IMG/VR virus record: IMGVR_UViG_3300025808_000016
Span: 1 to 29,193 of that record
Reading direction: 5' to 3' (one strand)
DNA from: a virus
Taxonomy: Duplodnaviria > Caudoviricetes
DNA: 29,193 nucleotides
Both the position numbers and the translations under genes were made by a program. Below, piece by piece: positions 1-8,200 of this stretch (positions are counted from its first letter, which is position 1; every line of letters begins with the position of its first letter). Under the pieces are notes generated by a model that was not told the origin of the DNA, did not search any database, and saw nothing but the letters and a program-made list of their open reading frames with translations.

Positions 1-190
1 TTCCTTTTCGATTGGTAGTTGCCTAGGCACTCTGCGATGCTGAGTGAGGATCAGCTAACAGTGCGCGTCGGTCTGAAATCGTGTCTGACTAGACTCAACT
101 GCTCGCAATGACTGTATTTTGAGCGCGTCCAAACCCTGATCAGCTTGTCGCCAATCAGGCCTGGTGCCTTATAAAATGCTAGAGAAGTTT

Positions 191-721
191 TCATGACGTG
201 AAAATCGCTTTTCTTACGGCTTGATGGGCGCCCAATATTGTCAAGTAGGCTTTTTCGTAGGCTTCTGCGTTTGCGACTATTTTTAATGCCAAGGCTTCTG
301 TCGTCTCGCCGAAACCACGAGCATCTGCCAGGGCTTGCAGTTGTGGTGCGGGCTTCGTTGTGTCCAACAAGTGCTCTTTAGCTAGCTTTTCTTGTTTATC
401 CCAGCTTACTACTTCGCTCATCGCAACTTGTCCTGTAATCTCCTGGACATCTGCTTTAAACTTTTTATCCAGGTTTTCCAATGCAAACTTTGCTTGATTT
501 GATTTAACAGCAAGTGCAAAAAACTCATCAAATGTGAGCTCGGTCATGCTAATTTCGACTGGCTGAGCGGCTACTAGCGCATCTATTTCGACTTGATCGC
601 CATCGAGCATGACCACATTCGTATCAAACTCTTTAATAGTTAGACTGTTTGCGCCTGTATCATTAAATCTGAGCGTTGTGTGTGCAGTTTGGATTGGTGT
701 GAATTGATAGTATTTAGCCAT
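191..721 (-). CDS. putative tail fibre assembly/chaperone-like protein
   Basis: 176 aa with SD AAGGGG upstream. C-terminal SWDKQE...PQLQALADARG...LALKIVANA resembles phage tail-fibre-associated proteins. Overlaps the RT 3' end by 82 nt. Confidence 0.5.
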   Translation of the reverse strand: MAKYYQFTPIQTAHTTLRFNDTGANSLTIKEFDTNVVMLDGDQVEIDALVAAQPVEISMTELTFDEFFALAVKSNQAKFALENLDKKFKADVQEITGQVAMSEVVSWDKQEKLAKEHLLDTTKPAPQLQALADARGFGETTEALALKIVANAEAYEKAYLTILGAHQAVRKAIFTS

Positions 722-1959
722 TGTTGTACCCCTTTTGGTAAGTGATTAAAAATAGTGTGCCCATTTAAAAACCGAGCGTAAAAGTTTATGGTTGCGCTGT
801 GCTTCGCGTGACCTATTAAACTGATAACGCTATCAATCTTTTGTTGTTTTACCGATTTTTTAAATTTTAAAACGCTATGTTTGCGCACAAACTTGACTGA
901 CCGCCATGAGCGGTAGCCAACAAAATTGATGCCGCGTTTTATTTTGTTGATTGTCCAGTGACTTAGTTCGAGTTTTAGCTCGTTTTTCACAAATCGTTCG
1001 CACTGCTCCTTAAAAAGCTTTGCTTCGCTAAGTGTTAAGCCGATTGCGATAAAGTCATCCACGTAGCGCACATAATGCTTTGCCTTTAAAATGCGCTTAA
1101 CGAAGTGATCCAACGGATTTAAATAGATTAATGCATAAATTTGGCTTAATAAATTGCCAATCGGGATGCCTATTTCTGACTGAATCTCGGCAAATACACA
1201 CATTAAATCCAAAAACCGTTTATCTTTAATTTTGCGCTCAAACAGCTTGCGCAAGATTGCGCGATCAACACGATAAAAGAATTTGCGGATATCAAGCTTT
1301 GCATAATAACTGTCGCCGCTATATTTCCGCATTGCGCGTTGGGTGTACTCGCTAGCTTTGTGTGTGCCGCCGCCTTTTCGGCACGCATAAGACTGATCGA
1401 TAAAAGTTCGGTCGAATATCGGGTAGATCACCTGATAGATTGCATGCTGCACAACCAGATCTCTGAAATGCGGGGCATGAATCAAGCGGCGCTTTGGCTC
1501 AAAAACCTCAAATGCTCTCAATGGTTGTGGCTTGTAACTGCCATCCATTAATGATTTATGCAGTGCATCCATTTCAGCGCCGAGATTCAATTCAAACTCA
1601 AAACACTCAACCTTCTTAGACTTGCCTTTTTTTGCGTTTAAAAATGCTTGATAAAGCATTGGCTTGGTAAAAGCCTTATCGTATAAATAACCAGTTCGTT
1701 TTGGGCGGTTAAGATTTTCGGCATTGCTACTCAAATTAACCAGGCCTGCTCTAGTTCGCTTATCGCTGGACAATCCATCCCTGTGTTGCACTGTCTCATT
1801 ATTTGAGTTTGAGCTATGTGTAACAGAGTCCGAGCCGCCCACATTGTTGTTCGAGTTCGACGACGCATTGTTGAGATTGCGCGCAAAAACCCCGGCATCG
1901 GAGACATTGTTCCAATTGGCGCCGGATAGCGGGAGCTTGATGGATTTACCCATATTCAA
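640..1959 (-). CDS. DGR reverse transcriptase (start codon uncertain; the ORF includes TR in frame)
   Basis: Motifs HAPHFRDLVVQHA, YAKLDIRKFF, GIPIGNLLSQ (DGR-type SQ), YVRYVDDF, GINFVGY. Confidence 0.95.
   Translation of the reverse strand: MNMGKSIKLPLSGANWNNVSDAGVFARNLNNASSNSNNNVGGSDSVTHSSNSNNETVQHRDGLSSDKRTRAGLVNLSSNAENLNRPKRTGYLYDKAFTKPMLYQAFLNAKKGKSKKVECFEFELNLGAEMDALHKSLMDGSYKPQPLRAFEVFEPKRRLIHAPHFRDLVVQHAIYQVIYPIFDRTFIDQSYACRKGGGTHKASEYTQRAMRKYSGDSYYAKLDIRKFFYRVDRAILRKLFERKIKDKRFLDLMCVFAEIQSEIGIPIGNLLSQIYALIYLNPLDHFVKRILKAKHYVRYVDDFIAIGLTLSEAKLFKEQCERFVKNELKLELSHWTINKIKRGINFVGYRSWRSVKFVRKHSVLKFKKSVKQQKIDSVISLIGHAKHSATINFYARFLNGHTIFNHLPKGVQQWLNTINSHQSKLHTQRSDLMIQAQTV
1830..1936 (-). 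repeat. DGR template repeat (TR); IMH*-like continuation to about 1818
   Basis: Ungapped 107-nt match to 2377-2483. Holds 22 adenines on the coding strand, 20 of them in ten AAY codons. Confidence 0.95.
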
Positions 1960-2345
1960 GTTGCCTCGAATTTTTTAACCCAGGCGCCAATCATGCGACC
2001 AAGCTCATCAACTAGAGCGGATATTTTCATAAACCGCTCCTGTGGGTTCGCTTTTTCGACTTTTGCGCCGTCTCGAAACTTGAAATACCCCAACTCAAAT
2101 GCAAGATGCAGCTGCATTCTCAGTTGTTGGTGGGCTATATCAAGATTTCTAAGGGTTGTTTTCTTTTGATACCGCTTAACGCCCTCAGTAATCAGGTCAT
2201 AAATGCGGTACGCCGTTGTTCTTATTTGGTTACACAGCGCATATTTTTCGTGATTTGGAAAATGATTAAGATACATATTGAGCAACTTAACCGTTTCGAT
2301 ATATTTACGAATTAATGCCGTGTCCTGTCTAGTATGTTGTGCCAT
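1956..2345 (-). CDS. avd: DGR accessory variability determinant (Avd-like four-helix bundle)
   Basis: 129-aa basic helical protein (HFPNHEKYALCNQIR...ELGRMIGAW) between target and TR. Confidence 0.9.
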   Translation of the reverse strand: MAQHTRQDTALIRKYIETVKLLNMYLNHFPNHEKYALCNQIRTTAYRIYDLITEGVKRYQKKTTLRNLDIAHQQLRMQLHLAFELGYFKFRDGAKVEKANPQERFMKISALVDELGRMIGAWVKKFEAT

Positions 2346-2359
2346 CGCTATCGCTCAGG

Positions 2360-3805
2360 CTACAGGGAAACACAGGCCGAGCCGCCCACATTGTAGAACG
2401 AGTTCGACGACGCAGCGTTGAGATTGCGCGCAAAAACCCCGGCATCGGAGACAGGGTTCCAATGGGCGCCGGAGAGCGGGAGCAGATTCATACGCCAGTA
2501 GCGATAAAGGCCGTCTTGCCCAAATTGATTTGTACCTGCTGCCGATACTCCTGTTAATAGCGGTAGACCAGCGCAAGCCCTGCGAAGTTCCAGTTCAGTT
2601 GCTCCAAAGTCAAACACTTGTTCAGCGCCATTACCAAACCGAATCCAGCCGTCATTTCCATCGACCAGGCCGGTTAAATCGAGGTCGTCGTATAGCGCTG
2701 CATCGTGCAAGTTCGAGGCTGTAATATTGTCAGGCGATACGGTGGTTTTTAAGATTTTGAAGATGGCGTCCGTGTCGTTTAGCTTTGTAAGCCCGATATT
2801 AACGCGCCACATATTACCGTTTACATCGGCGACACCGCAGGCCTGGCCGTTATGTGTTGTTTTTGCGAAAGGAAAACCGCTCCCCGTTAACGCACAAGAG
2901 GGATAAGTGGCATTTCCAGCGCTCATATAAGATACTGAATTATCGTTTATGTCACCAAGCGCGTTATTGTTGTTGCCTTTTGGCATATATGGAAGTACGT
3001 CTTTATATGCACAAACGCTGGTATTTGTACTAGCTTCTGCGTGTGCAAGTGCAAGAACCGCTATAGCGTTAGCCTCGAAGACTGTTTCCGCATGAGCAGT
3101 TGCCGTGCGCCCAATGATAGCTGTTATCATCCCCGCATAAGTGTTTGTTGGAGCGACGGTTAGCGCGCTGATGGGATTGTTTGCTGCACTAGTTGATAAA
3201 GGTGGCTCGCCAATTTTCGCAATCGCTTTGCCGTCGACATTACTAACATGACATTTGTCGTGGAAGAATCCTTTTGTGCAGTGTCTGAAAGCTTCGTGCG
3301 CTACATATCCAGCCGCTGGATATTTACTTACAAGCGGTGTGTTACCTGACCATTTAAACCAAAACTTAGGAATAAAGACCATCTGACTACCGTCAGGGTC
3401 GAAATAATTCCCGTAATTCGGGGACATCTGGTCGTTGTGACCAGACGTGGCCGTCCAGCCCGCAGGAATATCAGCATCTCTTAATGCACCGACGCCAAAT
3501 CCATAAGTGCCTGGTGTGCCGATAGTGTAAGTGTCGCTATCGATAATGTCATCGCCAGCGGCTTCAAGTTTTGAGAGTGCAGCGGTTGCGTAGCTAATCG
3601 CTTCAAGCGATGTTGACGCTGAAATCGCTAGATTTAAACGATCGATTAAAAGCGCTTTAACATCATTAATGCCGTTTAAGTTTGTTGTTTCAGCGAGTTT
3701 TGCAAGTGCAGCAGCTGCAAAACTTAAGTCTTCAATATTTTCTGATGTGGATGCGACATCATTAATGCGCGTAATCGTCATTTCCTTTGCTGATTGAATG
3801 CTCAT
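2360..3805 (-). CDS. DGR target protein, putative receptor-binding/tropism determinant (CLec/FGE-like fold)
   Basis: 481 aa with VR at the C-terminus. Motifs MVFIPKFW, TTHNG..CGVADVNGNMWRV and SGAHW...GVFA...NVGG are typical of Mtd-like targets. Lies at the end of the tail module. Confidence 0.88.
   Translation of the reverse strand: MSIQSAKEMTITRINDVASTSENIEDLSFAAAALAKLAETTNLNGINDVKALLIDRLNLAISASTSLEAISYATAALSKLEAAGDDIIDSDTYTIGTPGTYGFGVGALRDADIPAGWTATSGHNDQMSPNYGNYFDPDGSQMVFIPKFWFKWSGNTPLVSKYPAAGYVAHEAFRHCTKGFFHDKCHVSNVDGKAIAKIGEPPLSTSAANNPISALTVAPTNTYAGMITAIIGRTATAHAETVFEANAIAVLALAHAEASTNTSVCAYKDVLPYMPKGNNNNALGDINDNSVSYMSAGNATYPSCALTGSGFPFAKTTHNGQACGVADVNGNMWRVNIGLTKLNDTDAIFKILKTTVSPDNITASNLHDAALYDDLDLTGLVDGNDGWIRFGNGAEQVFDFGATELELRRACAGLPLLTGVSAAGTNQFGQDGLYRYWRMNLLPLSGAHWNPVSDAGVFARNLNAASSNSFYNVGGSACVSL
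2377..2483 (-). repeat. DGR variable repeat (VR); IMH-like segment at about 2364-2376
   Basis: 3' end of the target gene; differs from TR at 9 positions, each a TR adenine. Confidence 0.95.
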
Positions 3806-3882
3806 AGCTTGTCCTTATAATAGCGATGATTGAAATGAGCCGGTGCAATCATGAATGCACCGCTAAGTATTTGATTAATCAT
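3802..3882 (-). CDS. 26-aa small ORF coupled to the DGR target gene
   Basis: MINQILSGAFMIAPAHFNHRYYKDKL; GGAG SD 8 nt upstream; its TGA overlaps the target ATG (ATGA). Confidence 0.4.
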   Translation of the reverse strand: MINQILSGAFMIAPAHFNHRYYKDKL

Positions 3883-3895
3883 AATGTTATCTCCG

Positions 3896-4300
3896 TTATA
3901 AAGTTGTTCGTAAATTCAGGCCGAAAAAATCAGTTTTGTTTCTTTGCAAGATTTTTTGTGCATCCGTCAAAACCAATGCCCCCACGTCGCTTGCTGCCAA
4001 AATAGCGGCATCTCTAGCTTCTTGAGCAGTGGTCGCCGCTGTTTGCGCAAGGGTTTTGTTGGTTTCGCTGGCTTGTTCTGATTGCAAAGCCGCTGCCGAT
4101 GCGTTGCCTGCCGCCGTTGCGCTTGATGCTGCACTATTTTTACTAACCAGCGCTGATTGAGCATCGTCGTTAACGTCCTCTGCTGTTTGATTGGCTTCAG
4201 AACCAAATGCATTAAGTTTTATAAACGTGTCATAACTTTTGTCTTCAATATCTGAAACACTGTCGGCTGGGGTTGGTGGGTTAAATATAGTCGTTATCAT
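3896..4300 (-). CDS. Ala/Ser-rich tail-associated protein (fibre stalk/adaptor-like)
   Basis: 134 aa with SAASSATAAGNASAAA low-complexity helix as in side-tail-fibre stalks; ATGA overlap with the upstream gene. Confidence 0.5.
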   Translation of the reverse strand: MITTIFNPPTPADSVSDIEDKSYDTFIKLNAFGSEANQTAEDVNDDAQSALVSKNSAASSATAAGNASAAALQSEQASETNKTLAQTAATTAQEARDAAILAASDVGALVLTDAQKILQRNKTDFFGLNLRTTL

Positions 4301-5208
4301 TGTGCTGTCCCTGTCAGTTTTAAACTTGTATAGGCGTGTAAGTTGTCTGAGAATTGACTTTCAAAGTCGTCGTAATAAGCTTTAAGAATGGTGGATGTGT
4401 AGCGCTCACTGAGAATCCAAAGCACGGGGATGCCGTCGATCTCAACCATATCATCTTCAAACCCTGCCACGCGCTCGGGCGGCATCACTAAGTTTAAACC
4501 AACCCGTTTTGATGATGCGAGGCGCTTAACCACTATGGTGTTGCCAAACGTATCTTCGGTGCGAGCAGTGTAAGTTTTTCGTCTGCTTGCGAATTGCCAC
4601 TGCACATTGCCATAAATTTTTCGCTCGCCCAGCATAAAGTCACCAACGGCGATCTCAATGCTAGGGTCACCCGTAAAAACAACCTCTATGGTTTGATCTT
4701 TATATTGAGGTAAATTTGTAAAAACGACATCTGAAGTGAAAACGTGCTTCCCAAAAAACATATCGTAAATACTGTTGATTTGGCGTTTGTATGCGATTCT
4801 GGTATCTGTCCAAACCGCGACACCACCTACTTTTGCGGTGACGGTTATGCTTTTAACATTTTCTAAACCGAGTGCCGAAAAAGTATTGGTGAACCCTGGC
4901 AGATCAACCGTTAAACTAATTGTCTCGATAGCACGAGTTTTTGTACTGATTTTGGAATCGAACATTGACGCGCGATTGCTGGGTATTCCCAAGTCAACCC
5001 AAGACGTGCCCAATGGATCAGCCGGGTTGTTCCCAAAATTATTGTCAGCTAGCGACTCATATATAGTGCTTCCAAATTCATCCAAAACCACCCAGGCACT
5101 CTTGGGGTAAGTCGTGCCAGATAACCATATTTGCTCATCTTGAGTCACGCTATAAGCGGTTAAAACATCTGTAGTAATTGCCTTGCCGGGCATCACAGTT
5201 AAGCTCAT
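4297..5208 (-). CDS. putative tail tip/distal tail protein
   Basis: 303 aa immediately after the tape measure gene with an ATGA overlap; call is positional. Confidence 0.55.
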   Translation of the reverse strand: MSLTVMPGKAITTDVLTAYSVTQDEQIWLSGTTYPKSAWVVLDEFGSTIYESLADNNFGNNPADPLGTSWVDLGIPSNRASMFDSKISTKTRAIETISLTVDLPGFTNTFSALGLENVKSITVTAKVGGVAVWTDTRIAYKRQINSIYDMFFGKHVFTSDVVFTNLPQYKDQTIEVVFTGDPSIEIAVGDFMLGERKIYGNVQWQFASRRKTYTARTEDTFGNTIVVKRLASSKRVGLNLVMPPERVAGFEDDMVEIDGIPVLWILSERYTSTILKAYYDDFESQFSDNLHAYTSLKLTGTAQ

Positions 5209-8200
5209 GCGATCACCTCAACGCTTTGAGTGTTTTGGAAGTTTGGCAAACCATCAACAACCCAATCATCGAATCGGTCATCAATATCTCTTAATAAGCC
5301 GATGAGTGTTGAGTTAGCAGAGTTGTTGGCACTGGTAAGATTGTTTATATCAGCACGCAAAGCTCTTATTTCTGCAATCAGTTCTGAATTGTCTAGCAGT
5401 GACTGGGTTTGAGCATTGTTGATGATTCGGCTAGGGCCGGTGTATTCGATTTCAGGGCCTCGCTCACCGACTATGCGTAATCCACCGGTGTGGATGCCAC
5501 CGGCTGCGAATGCTGGCATGGAGTTTAAAGCTTCTTTTGCTTTTGCTAGTTGCTCTGCGACGTCATAATATCTAGCAACCTCGCTCGACAGTCCTGATAC
5601 CTGCGCCCATTGTTCATCCGCTGCTTCTGCTGCGATCTGCAAACTTTTAGCTTGGTCAGCGCTTGCTCTTGACTGTGCGTTCTGAGGCGAATAAAGCCCA
5701 TAGTCTCTATAATCCAAATGCGATTGCCATGCAAGATCCATATACATATCGCGCAAAAACTCAGCATCTGTAGCCTCTGCCGCCGCCTTTTTCGCTTCAA
5801 AGTCCGAAACTTCAGCGGCGGTGATAGGTAGTGTGTCTAGTCGCTGTTGAGCTGTATTAACGGCTGATTGCAAAACAGACTGTTGCTGCACTTTTGAGTT
5901 GTAGCCAAGCGCTTCGGTTAAAACCCCCATTGCGCTGATTGTGCCGGCGGTATTTGCTGTGATGGTTTCCAACTCAGATAATTGCGATTTGGCTTTTTCT
6001 CCGACTGCATCAGTTTTTAACGCGGTGTCGGCAGCCGCGGCAGTAGTTAAGTCAATCGAGTCGATCACCCCGTCCGCACCGGCTAAGGCTTCAAAAACTT
6101 TTTTCAATTCGGCATCTGAGGCCGTGCCAGAATAAATACTGTCGAATTCGTCCTTTGTGATAGTTTCGCCAACGATTGGAATAAGGGCATCAAAATTGTC
6201 TTTTAAGCTTGCTGCATAATCAAAGCCCAGGGTTTCGGTTTGTAATGCAATCGCTTGTTTAATCTCGTCTGCAATATATTGCTGGGCACTGACTTGCTCT
6301 GGCAATGCGTTTAAGTCAGTGATAACGCTTGCTTTTACACGCTCGTAATCCAGCGCGGTTGTTGACTTGGCCAGAGCGTCGTCTAAATATGCTTGTGCTG
6401 ATTGAGTGATTGAGCTTAAAGCGTTTTGGTCGCCACCTTGGGCTAGCGATAAATCGCTGGCATAACTGGCGCCGGTTGCCGATGCACCCAACACCAAAGC
6501 AGCAGTAAACTGTTTAATCGTTTTGAACGCACCGCCAAGGTTACCCAGCACACCAGACAAAGCAGACTGATAGCTGGACTGGGCCGCTTTTGCTTTATCG
6601 ATTGCAGCCGCTTCATCTTGTAGGGCCCACAAGCGTTTTTGCTGTGCTTTTAACAATGGGTCTACCGCCTTCAATTCTTGTTCACGTTGATATGCCAAAG
6701 CTTGCTGCGGATCAATCATGTCAAGCAATGCCGACTTTAAAGATGATGACTGAGACTCAAATACCATGTATTGACTAACCAGGGCTTTTTCAGCATCCCG
6801 CACGATCTGCTCGCGAGCCTGCCTTTCTTGGTCGGCGATACGCGCGTTTTGCTCGCGAGCCTGCCTTTCTTGGTCGGCGATACGCGCGTTTTGCTCGGCT
6901 ATACGCGCTTTTTCATCTGCTGCTTTAGCCGCTGCTTGCTGCTCAGCTTGGGTTTCAGCTGCTAATCGCTTCAGAGTGTCTGTTAAAGATTCGCCTTGAT
7001 ACCGCATATCTTCTAAGCGCGGACGTAACCCGCCAATCGAATCAATCGCTTCATCAGTTACCTTTCCCACCGCATCGGCCATTGCACCCCGAATATCGCC
7101 ATCTTTCCCTGCCGAGACTTTAACGTTTGTCGAAAAATCATTGGCTAAGTCATAACCGATTTGATTTGCGATTGTGTCGATATCCCTCAACAAGCTGTTG
7201 ACCGTGACGCCTAGGCTATCTGAGATGTCAGTAGTATTGGTTTTGGTTTTTGAACTGGAGAAAAGGCCGCCAGACTTTTTACTTGTGACCGCTTGCTCGG
7301 CACTTACATAGTCAAGCCCCCCGGACAGAGAGATTTCTGCATTCTTGCGCTTCCAATCACCGCCGAATAATGGCTTGCTGATTGCACCGCCTGTCACTTG
7401 ATCGATTGCGATTGCACCCAAAAGATATGGCGCAACCGTTGCAGTACCCGCAGCCAAGCTTCCAGAGGTTGTGCCAAATGCTTCAGCCGTCATGCTTGCG
7501 CCAGCCGTGCCAAACTCAGCAGTTTGTGCGGCAAGCATGGATGCTTGTTGTGATCCGGCACCCGCCATCATTGATAGGCCGTAACCGAGTCCTTGACTAA
7601 GCAAGTTCAAACCGGAGGACTGGCTATCCGTCCCCATTGCGGACATAATAATCGGTTTAGTAATAGCGGCATGCGCCATTTCGGCGAGCATGCGCTTAAA
7701 AGACTCCTGAATAAAGTCAAATGCAGTCTTAGAGCCATCCGCAACGTCATACCACATTTGAGCAAAGCCGTCATCTAAACGCCGGAATAAATTCTCGTAG
7801 ATAACATTGCGCGCTTCAGCAGCGGCTTTTTCTGACTCCAAAGCGGTCTTATTGGCTTTCTCAAGTTCAAATAGTGCCTTGGTTTCTACACCGATCGCAT
7901 TGATTTGGTCGCGACTGTATCCTTTGTTAGCAGCTGCTCTCATCGCTTCTGCCGCCGTGACATCGGCATTAGTCAACTTGTACTTGATCATTCCAAAACG
8001 CAGTTGCTCGATGTCGCTTGCATAAGCTTTATTGATTTTATTTAGAGCTGCTTGAACCTTGGCGTCGGCTTCTAGCTCTTTGCGGTATTCTTTGTGATAC
8101 TGTTTAGATGCCTCATTCCAAGCCTTCTCGTTTTCAGTATTTGCTTTGGCTATTTCAGCGACCATCGTTTCTGAGTATTTCATGGCGGCTGCTATTTCAG

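Larger units (their letters stand above)
640..3805 (-). mobile_element. diversity-generating retroelement (target/VR - avd - TR - RT)
   Basis: RT, Avd and a TR/VR pair whose mismatches are all at TR adenines. Confidence 0.97.

Noticed and set aside
1-190. Com-like zinc-finger ORF or hammerhead ribozyme
   Set aside because: No CxxC pairs in the frames read and the CUGANGA core does not match
160-205. Third copy of the late-promoter dyad (TTTCA-TGACG-TGAAA)
   Set aside because: Half-site spacing differs by one base and there is no -10 or hairpin at the matching distance
640-1959. Group II intron or retron interpretation of the RT
   Set aside because: The SQ motif, adjacent Avd and the adenine-specific TR/VR pair fit a DGR; no intron or msr/msd features were seen
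1830-2483. Apparent A>C/A>T bias in VR (5 C, 3 T, 1 G)
   Set aside because: Nine events under protein-level selection are too few to infer RT specificity
6808-6897. CRISPR-like array
   Set aside because: The units are directly adjacent with no spacers and are in frame within the tape measure gene
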